Positions 1-14,272 of a stretch of 64,000 nt of DNA are shown one piece after another. How positions within the stretch are numbered: the first letter of the stretch is position 1; the number at the start of each line of letters is the position of its first letter. The notes beneath the pieces are model-generated. The model worked only from the letters and a program-made list of their open reading frames with translations, searched no databases and had not been told where the DNA came from. The stretch comes from Chrysomallon squamiferum. Lineage: Eukaryota; Animalia; Mollusca. The translations under genes were made by a program, and so were the position numbers. The DNA is taken from positions 10,850,001-10,914,000 of the forward strand of contig CM022677.1 in assembly GCA_012295275.1 (NCBI GenBank), given 5' to 3'.

Positions 1-428
1 GGCAAATATCTCGATGCCAGGAAGCCCATGTTAAACCCATGGGTGATTGAAGCAGCTCACTGGTGTATTTGTTACTGTTACTAGTGTAAAGATTATCAGA
101 TATCTTAATGACTTTTCAAGGTTCCGTGTGAGCCAGAACTGGTTTTAAAATGTTTGTGAGATGAAATCAGTTTAAAGGATAGTTTGTAATATTTCCTTGT
201 CGACATTGCTTGTAATTTACAGTTTGCATGGTTTCATATTTCAGTGTGGTTTAGATGTTTTTTCTTCTTTTTAAAAAAAAAGAAGATAAACTGGTTGAGT
301 GTAATTTTAACATTTAACGTAGTCTTCTTTTGCAGTGGTTAAATGTTAATAATGTTAAAATAAAGTGTTTTATTTTTTACCTTGTAATACATTTTTAAAT
401 TTATATTTACTGGTTCTGATTGTTGTTG

Positions 429-466
<38 letters not shown>

Positions 467-1249
467 TATTATGACTATTGTGCTCAGTTCATATTTTTCT
501 GAACAGTTTGTACATTTATATCCTTGTTTATTTGACGTTTTCTGTCAAGTGAGGGTAACACTCAGCAAGTTACTCATAATAAAATCTCTTTGATAAGTAA
601 TTTGTTTCCTTTTAGACTTGTAATTAATTTATTAAGGACATGCATTAGCTCATGGATACATCTCTAATCATATTTGTCCTCAAAGGTCATTATTTGTGAA
701 ATGGGGGGAAATGTATGTCCAAGCATCCTAAGTCTATATTCACTTGACCTGAATTAATTCGTTTATCAAGCTTTATTTTATTGATTCAGCAGCTTGGGAG
801 ACTGGCATGCTATGCATATTAATTAGGTTGTGGTGACAACAAACATTCCTTGCTAAGCCTAGTACTAAAACAGACTATATTATATATTATTATAGCTACA
901 AACAAGTGTGATAAAGTTGATAAATGAATAATTATGCCTTTTCCTCACCTGTCAAGTATATATTTTTTAATATAACATTTGTGAAAAGTAAACTGATGGT
1001 TATCTGTAATTTGTTTTCATTTAAAAAAAAGAAAAATATGATCACTTTTTTCTGTCCAGTATTTGTTTTTGTTTTTTGTTTTTTTGGCTGACTGGGTAAC
1101 ATTTCAGATGTACTTCCCATGAAATGAGTGAAATTCAGCACACAATTAGAACATGAATATACACGGAACTGGAAGCAGCTTCAAGAAATGCAGTGTTGAC
1201 AAGGTGAGATCGCAGAAGGCACTGAGCGCGGTGATGCTGTGCAATGCTG

Positions 1250-1861
1250 GCAATTCTGGAATGTTTATGTTAGCAATATAATCAGCATGACTAATACCTT
1301 TGATCCCTTTTTGGTTTATTCCCGATTCTGGCATTCCGGAATCTGGCAGTGAGATTATAACACATCTTAATTGGACACGCCAGTTGTTCCATTTCTGACA
1401 TTTTATTTCTCACCCTTACTAATTGGTGTTCAGTCACCTTAATTGATGTACTTTTGTTAAACAGTATTTTGTCCACAATTAGTAGGACAATCAGTCACAC
1501 TCTACACAAGAAACGTCCCAGAAAGCCACCGCGAGCTGACAAGTAGGAAGCGGTGTCCCGGGTACATGTGATGTACTCCAATCCCAGCTGGAAGAGCTGT
1601 TCTTGTCTTCTTCAGTGCGGCAGGATTTCCACATGGTGTTGGTCAGTAGGTGGACAGCAACTTCGCTGTCATCCGAGGAATGGATGTGGTCTTTACCTCT
1701 CTTGACACAGTCCCATCCTGTGTAGTAGTCACAGTGGCAAGGCACCTCGACTACAAACATCTCCATGGTACAATACCATTCTTGTTACTAATCCGCCATG
1801 CATCAAGTATGAGGTCCGCACCTGGTTTTCTGCCGTCCAAAATTTCTCCCCTAGCAGCCAT
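1250..1861 (-). mobile_element. Degenerate, internally deleted FLYWCH-type MULE (Mutator-like) transposase remnant
   Basis: Manual translation from ATG at 1861 gives MAARGEILDGRKPGADLILDAWRISNKNGIVPWRCL*SRCLATVTT, then after a frameshift KRGKDHIHSSDDSEVAVHLLTNTM. This fits the FLYWCH pattern WRC..C.AT.TT...H.H. Downstream PKRDQRY / GISHADYIANI resembles the C-terminus of FLYWCH-MULE transposases. Stops and frameshifts are present and no DDE core is recognisable. Confidence 0.55.
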
Positions 1862-2169
1862 GGGGATCAAACATAACAAAAATCATGACTGTGCAGTATT
1901 TATATAGGTAGTATTTCCTCTCTTAATTGATCTTGTTAACCCACATATCTAAATTGGTAGTATTTCCTTTCTCCAAATTTTAACTGAGATATAACATTAA
2001 TTTAATGTCTCCAAACATTAATTTTCTTTCAATCTCTGGTTCACCTCTGCTCTTCACTGCTCATTAAAGTTAATCTTGTTAACCTGTTCTTCATGTGACT
2101 AAATTGGCCTTAATTGCTCAAGACAGTTTTCCCATTTCTGGAAGCAGATTATAACATCTCACCGATTAC

Positions 2170-3190
2170 ATGCTTATTTCTCCCAAATTCAAGTTGCATG
2201 GTTTAAATTTAAATATAATTTAAATCATAATCTGGAGACTGCCAGTTTTGGGAACATACCACCACATTTACATGCAGCTCAAATGATGTGAAATGGTGTA
2301 AGGAGCTGTCTCTAACTTAAGACTGTCTGTGTTGTTCTGTATTTCAATTTTAACTGAGTAACAATTGTTCTTTATATGGTGACATTGAAGAATATTTAGT
2401 GGGCCAGATTTTAGAGCTAAACTTGAAAAATGATTTATCTATGTGACAGATTTAGACATTCTTTATCTCCATACAGTTAAAAGTATCAAGAGTGTAGTGT
2501 CAGTTAATATACACATCCATTCACACAAGATATCTAGCTAAATTCTAGTTCATTTCAAATTATTCTTCTCAATTGTTTTGCAGATTAACCTAGTTTGTAA
2601 TTTTGTTTATATACATAAAAACAAGTATTTGTTTTCAGTTTTAGTGATTTATAGTTATTAGAATAAAGATAACATAATCTTTACATTAATAATGAACAAA
2701 TTAATTTTTTTTTTTGAAGGGAATACATTTGTTTATTAGAATGAAACACAAACCAATGAAAAAGATTGTTGTGCATGATATAGATTTTTTAATAGGAGGG
2801 TGGAGAGAATGCAGGTAATAATTGTTTTTAAAGTAAATGTTGAATGGTATTAAATTCTAACATTTGTAAAAGTGCCAAGTTGTTAAATGAGTTACTGAGA
2901 TTTTGTGTGAAGATTCAAACAATAACAGTAAGTAAAGTGTCAAAAGCATGTGTCATGATCCTTTATGTGCCAATTTCAACTGAAAATGTTTATAAGATTG
3001 TTAGGACAATTAATTCTTTTTTTTGAATTTTACTAATGAGGGCAAATATATGTTCTTAAAAAGAACATTTTAAAATAATAAAAAAATTCATTCCATTCAT
3101 TTTTTTTGTTGTTGTTAAAATGGACATTTACTTAAATTATCTTTTTTTTGAATTTAAACCATGCAACTTGAATTTGGGAGAAATAAGCAT
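2170..3190. repeat. Perfect 40-bp inverted repeat pair (2170-2209 / 3151-3190), possible MITE or foldback relic
   Basis: ATGCTTATTTCTCCCAAATTCAAGTTGCATGGTTTAAATT at 2170-2209 is the exact reverse complement of 3151-3190. No clear target-site duplication. Confidence 0.85.
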
Positions 3191-5809
3191 TTTTCTCAGT
3201 CTTTTGTCAGATGGTCAGTCTGGTTACTAAAGCATTCTCAGATCTGAACATGTTTGAAATTGGTTTGTTTCTTCCCTCCAAGCAGTTCCAGTGCTTTGCA
3301 GTCCCCGTTCCACGAACTGAGATGACAACATGAGACTCAGCACTGCATCATGTTGTTGGATTTCAAAAACTAACCAAACCACAACAGCTGTGACATGCCC
3401 ATTTTGTCATGCTCAACACGTGTACATTATGTGTTTTAATTATTGCAGGTTCAGTACAATTGAAAAAGTTAAAATTCAATACGAATTTAGAACACGAATA
3501 CATAAACAATTTTGAGACACAACAAGCAGCTTTCACAAAACTGGCTGTCGACAACATGAGTTTTACTCAGCTAGATTAAGTGCTGCACTTGTGGTCGATA
3601 TATTTCATTATGTAACATGTGTTTTGTTGTTACTTGTTGTTCTCCCAGTTCACTTTAATTATCTGTGCTTTCACCCTTTCATTCAAATATCTTTCATCAG
3701 TGGTCAAGTGACAGAATAATCAAAATTGCTTCAGCTTCAAAAATTGTTATCAAGCACTGGAAAATTATTTTTTTGAAAAGTTCAGTATTTAAATACAAAG
3801 ATTTCATTTTGAAAAAGAAAGAAAACAAAAGATCTTGTTGTGAAAAGTGCTGTAGCTTAAGTTATAAATACATGAATGTTTTCATTTCAGCCTTGACTAT
3901 GTAATGTATGTACTTGATTAATAAAAGTAAAAGCTTTTCTTTGTTGCTTTAGTTTCACGTTATAACTTTAAAGCTTTTGCACTTTGGTGTTTTTGCTTTG
4001 ATGATATATAAAATAGAAGCCTTAGTTATTGCATTGGCAACAATAATGCATTTCAATGTGTATATAAGTTACCAGTGACAAGAAAAATATATGTTGGATA
4101 ATATAAGAAACAGTTATGATGTACTGCATTAAGATATTTGATATGTTTGGATTTTTTTTTTCACCTGCAGTAGTAAACACACTTGCCAGTGAATTAATTA
4201 TGAACCAGCTTTAAATTAAATGGTTTTAGAGAGGTTTTTAAAAAAAAAAAAACCAACACTCCACCTGTTAACATGTTAAGATACTTAATTTTCATTTATG
4301 GAGAAATTACGTAACCCAATTAGCATTTAGGCTCTTGTTACATACTGAAGATCAAAAGAGCTAATGTTCAAAACATTGTCATCAGACAGCACTGGTAAGT
4401 TTTGTTTTACATGTCCTGTCCTGGCACAAGATCTGTATATAACGTTTTTTGTTTTTAACTAAATATAAAATAAAATAGCTTCTGTTACTAGCACCTTTTT
4501 ACAGAAAGTTTTTTTTTTTTAACTTCTTATGGTTTTAATGTCAACCTGTTCATATTTCATTGAACTCATTTCTTAACAAAGAACTTAACAAAAGTAACTT
4601 TAAATAACTACAAATTGTATCAATGATGTCTCCATAATTTATTAATGACATTACTGTTTCACTAACAAAACTAACTCACAACATTCATTTCTGTATTACA
4701 ACAAATAATTTTAAATTTCAGTGTTATTTTAAAGTATTAAATTGTTCATGAAAACAGTTCAGATTACAGTGTGTTTACATAACAATTTCACCAGCACTTT
4801 TTTAACAGGGTGACAATTTTTTAAGATTATCATTAACATCCACGTAAATAAAAATGTAGCTTATGACATCTTGACATTATTTAACCTTGCAAGTAGATAC
4901 AAGAGGTAAAAAACAAAAGTGATTTAATGTTCTCAACTAAAATTAATAATATTTAACTCAGCTGTGCAGCACTATATTTATTACTAAAATTAAGATTAAT
5001 ATTGTAATAAATCTGTAAAACATTGAAAGGTAAATAACTAATAAAAATATGTAAAATATAGATTCAATTGTTGATACAGTGAAATGTAATCATTACAGCC
5101 AGTTATAATGGAATGTGCTAAAATATTTTGTTTCACTTTGTATATGCCTTCAAAATAAAATTTAATAAATAAATTTCTTTTTCTTAATTTTTTTAATTTT
5201 CAGTTTATACATTTAGTTTATTTTTTTTTTTTTTTTTTAATGTTTATTTTATTCTATTATTAGTTGGTACCAGTGTAAAAGCTTGTCAAAGGAAAATTTC
5301 AGGACAATTTTGAAGTTTGTTCAGTGGTACCTAACAAGTTGAATAATGAATCAACTTTTAAAGATGCCTATGAAAAATACTGAATGTCTTCCACATTATT
5401 ATTATTATTATTGTTGTTGTTGTTGTTGTTGTTGTTAAGATAGTAGGGTTGCAGTTTAGAGGTGTGAGACTAGATTAAAATGAATTAACTTCACCATATT
5501 ATTGACATTTACAAGTGCATCTTTCATAAATACTTGAAACTTTAATACAGATTCTTATTATTAAAAGTAAAGTAAAACACAAATTAATTAACTTACTTAA
5601 GTAAATAACTAAAGAATACACAGAATCTCTGCCAGTGAGAGAAAATATCATCGCTGCTTTATTATCAATATTTTCTGCAGTGTTTATAACAAAATTACTG
5701 AAGTTATAATTACACCTGCACTTATCTCTACAGTCTGACAGGTAGATAGGTAGGAGGATAGATAGACAGACAGACAGATATATAGATAGATAGATGGATA
5801 GACAGAAAG

Positions 5810-8800
5810 AGAGATTAAAATTACCAATAAAAGAAAAGATGTTAAAAGCGAGGTTAATATGATATTATATTATAACGCATATACAAACATTTTCTTACAA
5901 GTTCATTTGCTTATGAAATGTAAAATGTCTATCTCTATATCCATCCCTAGCTATCTTCAGTGTATCTGTCTATCTATTATTTAACTACATACATATCAAC
6001 GTATGTATATAATTCATCTAAGGCAAACACATATAACCAGATTCTTTCTTTTCTATGTGTGTGTATATCGATTTATCTATTGATAATTGTTTCTTTTTTC
6101 AGTAATAATATCTGAAATAATGAGATTAACGATAAAAATAACAACAATAATACTAATTAAAATGATAAATAAAATAATAATTAAAAAAGAATACTGAAAC
6201 AAGGGAAAAAGAAACGAGTAAGAAAATTATTTCAGGCATATATTTATTACAAAGAAACAGTTATATTAAATAGAAATAAAAAATAATGTATAGGTTTAAA
6301 TAAAATCATTTTAGTGAATTCAGTAAATTGAATGAATGATCTATATTCTGCATCTATATAAGATGTCACTAATAATACTTCCTCGCTTCATTTATTGAAA
6401 ACAAATATATTTCTATTTGATTTCTTTTTGTTATTTTGTTCTTTTTTAATATTTTACATGACACTCAGTCTTTTTTGTATATTTTCCAACGTGTTAAATA
6501 GAGTTATTTCCCGTAGACCACAAACTTCTGAAATAGATTACTCCGCATATGCGATGCGACGGTAAATTAGATTTGCTGCTTTTATTTGAAAATAACTAAT
6601 TTAGTATAATGTTTTATAACAGAGAGCACCAGCTTAGTAACATTCCTTGCGTTTTCTTTGTCTTTTAAATAACCAGTTTCCTTTAGTTTTTGTTTATTTA
6701 ATGTGTTATTATTATTTATTGAATTATTGTAAAATGCTTAGTTTATTTAATGTTTTTATTCAAGTTAATTTATTTCTTTTCGATTTGTCACTTTAAAAAC
6801 AATGAATTTATTTACAAATTATTTTTATATGAAATTTTTGGTATATTTACAGATATATACAAAACACCATATTTAGGACAATATTTGAAAGCTATTAAAT
6901 AATAAAACTTAAAAAGTAATAAAAGCAAAGTCAGACCGTCAAAATACTTCCAGAATTTCACCGATTTATTGGGTACAAACTAAACCTGAATCTCCTTTTC
7001 TGTTGGGGAACATTGCCAACTGGAAAAGTTAATACAATAATCTTATAACAAATTATAATTTCAGTTTATTATGCACGCATTTGCATAAAACTAATCCAGT
7101 TTGAAAAGTTTGATTAATTTGAAAAAGTAGTTAGGAAAGGCGCAGGAGATCATGGTTTGGTAATTACCTGTATCAGCGCGAATCTAATTTTAAAATCATA
7201 AAAAGTTAAGAAAATACACGTAAAATAGTTGAAATTGGAAGTTCAAAAACCCGATCAGACGGTTTCCGAGCGCTCACGGAAACTTCCGATCAAAATCCAA
7301 GATGGCAGCGTCGAACGCCGATCAGTGTTTACAATCTTTTAAACATCCAATCAACTCTTATATGGATTATTAAAAGTAATTTGGGGAAATACATCATATA
7401 ATTAATGCCGTTTATACATGTCTATGATTGAGTAGAAATTGTTTCAAAGGTCGAAACCAATTTTTAATTAAATTATTTATTTGTTTGGTTTTTTTGGTAA
7501 CTTCGACGTCATATTATCTTTTATCCATTTCATACTAGATTTTTTTTTCCAGATATTATTTCGATGTCGCCAGCCAGAAAAAAATACAAACATAAATAAA
7601 TAAATAATTTTAAAAAAATCATTGCTTTAAGTTATGGACGAGAACTTGGTAAGATGAGGTTTGTTGTAAACTTCGAAATCGTGATCTCGTAAGTGACTTA
7701 TCTCAAACAATTAATAAATCACAGAAAATGTCAATTAGTTATTTAACTAAAATACCTCACATTTTTCATGCTGATGATAATGAATTATTTTCAGTTTACA
7801 GGTGGATACTGTCAAGTCTATGTCAGATTTTGTATTATTTTAAAGACTTGGACAGAGACAGAGTTCTTCAGATCTCATATCTCACCTTTACAGTACAAGG
7901 CAAGTCAGTGCTGAAGATATAGAGGCGCGTTCACAATTTTATGGATGTCAGCTTTGAGAAGTATTAGTGTGGTATTTGTATTATTATTTTTATTACATTT
8001 TCATCTTATGTTTGTATTGCTTAACTTTATCAATGCATTCTTCTTGTTAATATATATTAATATGAAAATATTTCATTTATCTTTATGAATTTAGATTTCA
8101 AAGACATATTTGTTATTTTAATTTGACCAGAATGAAAAATTTAAATTTTGATACTTTTTTTATAAATCTATATTTTTGTTTAAATTATTTGTTATTTATC
8201 AGACAAGTAAACACAATGTAAAAATACTTTTAAATAATTATGCTACTTAATTTTATTATTGTATCTACAGAAACAACATGATTCTGAAATCAGCTTCAGT
8301 TACAAGACTATGGAGAAGAATATAAAGGTTACTTTAAACATTGAAATATCTACTGATATAGACTAATAATGGATTTTTCTTTCCAAAGCAGTTTCCAGAC
8401 AGAGAAGTTGTTAACAATATCAATGTTGATTGATTATTTACACTGTGTGCACCAGTGCTAAGGATGGCTAAATAAGGAAATTGTTAATGAGAGTTATAAA
8501 TGGGCAATAACACAGACAGATAGATTATGTAAAGTAGTTATAATTATTTAGGGAAGATGAATAGGTGATTCATGGATTGTTATTGATGGAACGTAATGTA
8601 TAGGGATAGAGAAATGTCCCTGAGTGTGTGCAGATGGATGTATAGATAGATGGATTGATCAGTCCACTAAGAGTGGAGGCATGGAGGATAGACAGAGAGA
8701 TATAAAGATAGCTAAACAGATAGGCAGGTTAGTAGGTTCAATAGATAGACAGAAAGATAGATAGAAGGATAAGTGTAAAGCAAATATGGGCAGTAGAGGA

Positions 8801-9218
8801 TAGGAACATGTATATGTGTAAAAATAGAGTTCAGACAGAGGGTATATTTGATAGATAAACACACACACCCAGAGAGACACACTGGAGCTGTGTTTGGATT
8901 GAGTTAGTGATGAACTGAAAGATTATAGTAGATATCCAGAGATAAATACAGATAGATTATATAGATAGATATCCACAGATCAATGCAGATAGATTATGTA
9001 GACAGATATACAGCAAGATAGCAAGGTTTGAAGTAGTATATAGTTAGATATTCAGGGAGCTGGACATATGATTGATAGATGGTTATTGAAAAGTAGACAT
9101 TTAAGCTAGAGAGATAAACTGATAGGTATGTATTACTATGTATGGTAGATTGATTTGTAGACAGACTGACAGATATATAGACAGACGTGTTTAAGGAATG
9201 TGTGTGTGTGTGTGTGTT

Positions 9219-9250
<32 letters not shown>

Positions 9251-9500
9251 TAAACATAAACACATATACAGGAATGATAATGTATTTTTATGTTTAGAAG
9301 TTGATTAGTACGTATATGTATATAAAAGGATAAGTAACTGTGTGTGAGTGTGTGTGTGAAAAAGGATGGATAGATGGTAGATGGTAACAGACAGGTAAAT
9401 TGATAGAGAGAAGAAAACTAGATAGATTACTAGAAAGATAGATGCAAGGAGGCATGAGTATATACCTGCACCACTGAAGGAAAGACCGAGTCTTGCTCTG
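5810..9500 (+). repeat. Segmental duplication unit A, copy 1 (inverted paralog at ~33460-38005; partial direct paralog at ~54490-55570)
   Basis: Colinear matches by eye: 5816-5965 vs revcomp 37845-38000; 6490-6580 vs revcomp 37350-37445; 7275-7420 vs revcomp 36780-36925; 7737-7960 vs revcomp 36115-36325; 8260-8437 vs revcomp 35567-35720; 9420-9492 vs revcomp 33464-33545. Confidence 0.92.
7277..7312 (+). promoter_or_regulatory. CpG-containing ETS (ACTTCCG) + YY1-type (CAAGATGGCAGC) promoter/start module, copy 1
   Basis: ACTTCCG at 7282-7288 and CAAGATGGCAGC at 7298-7309, in a local CpG-rich patch within very AT-rich DNA. The arrangement is typical of metazoan housekeeping TSS regions and is conserved in three copies. 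Function is inferred. Confidence 0.55.
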
Positions 9501-10910
9501 TGTCTCTCTCTTTCTGTTTCTCTCTTTTTCTCTCTGTCCCTGTCTCTCTCTCACTCTATCTCAGTCTCTTTCTCTCTTTCCCTCTGTCTCTCTGTCCCTC
9601 TTTCTCTCTTCCATTCGCTCTGACTCTCTTTCTCTTTCTCTGTAACTCTCTGTCAGACTTTTTCTCTCTATCTCTCTCTCTAGCTCTTTTCTTCTCTCCA
9701 TACAAAATTAACAATTTTACTTAAAGCAAAATTAACCAACACCAAAAGCAACAGCAAAGTTAACCAACAATAATAAAAATAGTAATCATTATGTACTACA
9801 ATAACAATGTTAGTAATAATATTAACAATAAAAATGCAAACAAAAATTAAAGACAGACGAAAGACACACACACACACACCCACAAACTTGATTAAACTTT
9901 TTACCATGCTCTAGAAATCATATATGTGAAATTTAAATAACGTGTCAGTATCAAAAAGCTGAAAAACAGTATTTGTATGCAGTTGAAATTTTTACTACAT
10001 TTTTACAGTGAAATGAAATTTTTATGAAAACATAGAAACTTAGTCATATTGAAACCCAAATCTTTCTTTCTCTAATCATAATAAATAACATACAAAGTTT
10101 CACACATCAAAACGGAATTTTTAATCTGAATAATAAACATTTTAAATACATGAAATAAACTAAGCATGCAAAAATATAAATTCTGCTACTACTAATAATA
10201 ATAATTAGTCAATTTTATAGTCTAAGGGAAATAACTCTGTTGTCCATTAATAGGAATGAATATAACGGTGAGCGATAACAGCATTAACAACAACAAAACA
10301 AATTTTAAAAAGGAAAAAAAAAAAAAAAGATATATTTTCAAATTTAGATTTTTGTTTCATTTATTTCGTTTAGTTAAGTACTAAAGAAAGGAAAAATAAT
10401 TATATTTATTTATCGAGTATGGGATGTGCTGTTTAATTAGTCTTAAAAGATGAAAAAAAAAAAAGTATTCACATATTAGAAGACTGTAACAGCAGAATAA
10501 ACAAAATAGTTTAAGAAATAAAAAGTATTATTCAAATTCAGGTCCGGGCATGCCCCCCTGCCCTTGTCGCCCGCTCACCGGCTGTCTGCCCCGCCCTCAG
10601 ACAGCTTGTGAAGGTACATAACCAAGTTGAAACTTTAAAGTTTCTTGTCAGCATGTTCATGTTCTTGGAGGTTCCACAGCAGTACTTTGCGATACCAGAT
10701 TCATCTATGAAAGATGGTGGAAAAATCACTTTCTTTATACATAATATAGTCACATGGTTTAAGCCCTGATGTTTCACCGGAAGTTTTAGGAGTTTACTCG
10801 CCGAAGTAAAAATTATATCGATTAGAGTTATCTCCCTTTAGCGATATGTGTTCACAAACAGATTAGAGTTATGTGCCTTACGTGAAATGTACTCACGTAA
10901 ATAATTGTAC
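9500..10910 (+). repeat. Segmental duplication unit B, copy 1 (inverted paralog at ~59130-59760 plus ~61700-63350)
   Basis: 9910-10120 matches revcomp 62060-62280; 10200-10390 matches revcomp 61700-61920; 10478-10800 matches revcomp 59420-59760. The CT-rich tract 9500-9700 corresponds to the GA-rich tract 62560-63350. Confidence 0.9.
10540..10910 (-). mobile_element. Non-autonomous repeat element with AGGGAGATAACTCT core motifs and a GC-rich end (resembles molluscan pearl/HINE-like elements)
   Basis: AGAGTTATCTCCCTTT and AGAGTTATGTGCCTT subrepeats at 10824-10880. GC-rich end with palindrome GGGCATGCCC at 10546-10555. Paralog at 59130-59700. Family assignment is from recollection of the motif, not a search. 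Confidence 0.45.
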
Positions 10911-11081
10911 TGACTTAAATATTAAGTATAATTCAAATACGATTTGGGTGACCTGTTTTTTCTATAAGTTATAATACAAGATAATAATTTTATAATAATT
11001 TTATCGCAAATATTTATTTCACAATGATTTCCGATAGTTCCATACGTTGCCAACATCTATTATAAACACTACGTTAAAGGA

Positions 11082-11294
11082 TTATCGGTTGGTTAACGAA
11101 ACAAGTTATCATAGGCAGTAGCTCTGTAACTAATTGTTTGCTAATGGTTTTCCTTTTAAATTTCACCTTTAATTGGCTAAAGTGAAGCCAACGAAGGAAA
11201 TTTAGCGAACTTTTTGAGCGTTACGCAAAACGTTATCGGTTGGTTAACGGAACAAGTTATCATGGAAGATAACTCTATAACCATGTATTTGCTA
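11082..11294 (+). repeat. ~60-bp diverged direct repeat pair
   Basis: TTATCGGTTGGTTAACGAAACAAGTTATCAT at ~11082 and TTATCGGTTGGTTAACGGAACAAGTTATCAT at ~11233. Confidence 0.8.
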
Positions 11295-14016
11295 TTGTCT
11301 TTCGTTTTCAATTCCGGTAGGATTGCTTACACGGAAAATAAAAATAAAAATAAAAATAAAAATAAAAATAAAGAAAAAGTACTAAAAAGAAAAGTTGAAC
11401 GCCTGCATATTTTATAGAGGAAAGTCATTGATTTTCTTATTTTTGTCACACGCTAAACTTTGTCACACAAAACTTTACTCACTGTCATTTCATGTTGTTT
11501 TCCTTTAATTTTTATTTCTTTTGAAAAATCCAAGCGTATAATACTATAAATTATTATTATTATTATATAATTCCATTTTTTTCAAGGTTTGTTTGAAAAT
11601 GTCTTACCAGCTGATTTGTAAAACTAGGACAAATTTTTTTGGGGGTATTTTAATTAATAAAGAATTTTCGTATTTCATTTTTGATGCTGACAAGTTAAGG
11701 TAAGCTGATACTTTCAATTTATCGAACCAACGAACAAACCTTTTATGTGAAATAAATATTTGCTATAAAATTATTAATAGTGTCTCTTATGTTATAATTT
11801 ATAGAAAAAAAAAATATATATATATTTTTTGGGCGGCTAAACCATAATTTTTTTTAAATTTCGAGACTTGTGCTTACTGACATAACGTGCATAATCATCA
11901 GCTTGAAAGAGAGTTAAAAATGTCAATAATAGATTTTCATAAGAAGAAGAAAAAAAAAAGAGTAAATTATTCTGGAGTAATATTATTTTTTCATGTTAGA
12001 GATTGTTATAGAATTAATTTGAAGTATTAAATCAATTGTAATATATTTTATCTGGATAAACAAGACTCATTAAAATGATATACAGTAGTATATATATATA
12101 TATACACATACACACATACATTTCCCACATGTTAGGTTCACTCCCTTCATCCTCCATATCCGTACTGTTATTTGTTTGTAAATATACCAAAATGTTTAAA
12201 TTTTCATTAATTTTCTGTTCAGGGTTTTGTCTGTGACTTATATTGGGTTTTTATTTATTTCCTTTTGATTCTGGTCAATGTTTTTTCTTTTTTAAAAATC
12301 AAATTTTGCCTTTTTAACCTGCTGTCTTTTGAAAATCCTAATTGTCATTGCTGAATCATCTGAATTAGTGATTTTTATGTTTTCCATGTTGTTGTGTTTT
12401 TAGAGGTCACTTTGTTGTTATTTTTCCTGGTTCTGAATGTCTAATGTATGCAATTGTTTGTATAATTATTGGATTTTTAAATATTTTGCTTGTAATGTGT
12501 CCCCATTTACTTTAACACACACACAAACACAAACACTGATATACATACATATATAAACACAAAGACACATAGACACTAATGATAACAAAATAATATATGC
12601 ATACTTACGTAAATACAAACATCTCACACAAATTGCCTATATATATAAATACAAACACCCCTCACATACACACACAGAAATAATACATATATAAAAAATT
12701 GTACATAAACTAATATAATAATCAATAATTATTAAATGTACGAAGAGAAATAAGACTATGTTTTCTGGACACAGTTTTATACTTTATTTATTTGTTTAGT
12801 TATTTATTTATTCTACTTTGCTATCATGTAACTTGTTTGTTTTATCTGACATGCTAGTCAACTATCCAGTTTGTTCTTCTTTTCAGTTTGCTTCAACTCA
12901 CAAAATATTCAACATTGAATAAATTATAGAAACTAAGAAACTGTGTTCAGTTATTTTTGTGAAAAGAAAATATGTGATAAGGACAATATTAACAGTGGTT
13001 ATTCTGAAATATTTAGACTTAAACAGATATTTTTATATGTCTAAGCAGTTCCGTGAATATAATTGTGTATCTAAATATATTCTGAGTTATATATTAACAT
13101 TTCAACATATCAGCAGTAAAAAAACTTCCACAATGATACTATTTTAAGAGTTATCATTAAAAACAAACTGTAAATAATTTGTATCATACACAGTCATGAA
13201 TCATACAGTTGTATTTGTTACCAAATAAAATCCAGACAAATTCCACTTACAGTTCAGAAAGTTTAAACATTTCTTGAATTTATTTGTTTGAGTTAATAAA
13301 AAAAAAAAAGTTATTAAAAACCAGTACAATTAAAGTAATAGATAACGTTATATTATATAAAAGGTCAATGGGAAAAACCTATTGTTTTTCTTTTTCTTTA
13401 CCTACTGAAATATTAACAAGTATATAACAAGTTATAATGAGCTATTTCAAGTATGAGTAAAATTAATAGATGTAGGTAACATAATAAAACTAATCTAAAT
13501 TGTAATCTGTATTGGTCCTTTTCATGTATCTTGTTAAAACTTCTTTTTATTTTTGTTATTATTCTTTTTTTTTTTTTTTCAAATTTTATTATTCTTAAAA
13601 GACTGAACTGAAGTAATAATAAATAAAATATATATACAATTGTTTTTGATGAAGTTACTTTATGTCTGTCAGTCGATGAAAAACTGGTTTATTTTGTATT
13701 TTAATGGTTTTTATTAAATGTGGTTCTCTTAAAGTAAAAGAAATAGCATATCATTTAAAACTCTATTCCTAACTACATTTTTTAAAAATTATTATTACTA
13801 TTGTTTTTGTTTTTTTCTTTTTCTTTTTCCAGTTTTTTCTATGATGAAAATTATTTTATTTTATTTTAATGCAGTTGTTATATTTATTGCTAGTCTTTTA
13901 TTTGTTTCATTTTGTTCATGGTGTTAAAAAGTGGTTAATACTATACTATTAAAAACTGATCTAAAGTGAAAATAATATAAAAACATTGACATTGATTTTT
14001 GTTATTGTTTTATATA

Positions 14017-14272
14017 AGGACATTCATGAAAACGTATATCATTTACCTGTATTACAATATTAATTCAAAATGTTAATATTAAAAACAGAACAAAAAGAAT
14101 CTAAAATCTAAAACGTGATAGTATAATACTAGTTATTTTTTATATCAGAATATTCATGAAAACTTACATTAAATACTTGTATTACAATATTAATTCAAAA
14201 TGTTATTGGTAAAAACAGAAATAAAATAACAGAATATAAAATCTAAAATGTAATATTATAGTACTTGTTTTT
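14017..14272 (+). repeat. ~130-bp diverged tandem duplication
   Basis: ATTCATGAAAAC...TGTATTACAATATTAATTCAAAATGTTA...AAAAACAGAA...AAAATCTAAAA occurs twice, ~130 bp apart. Confidence 0.8.
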
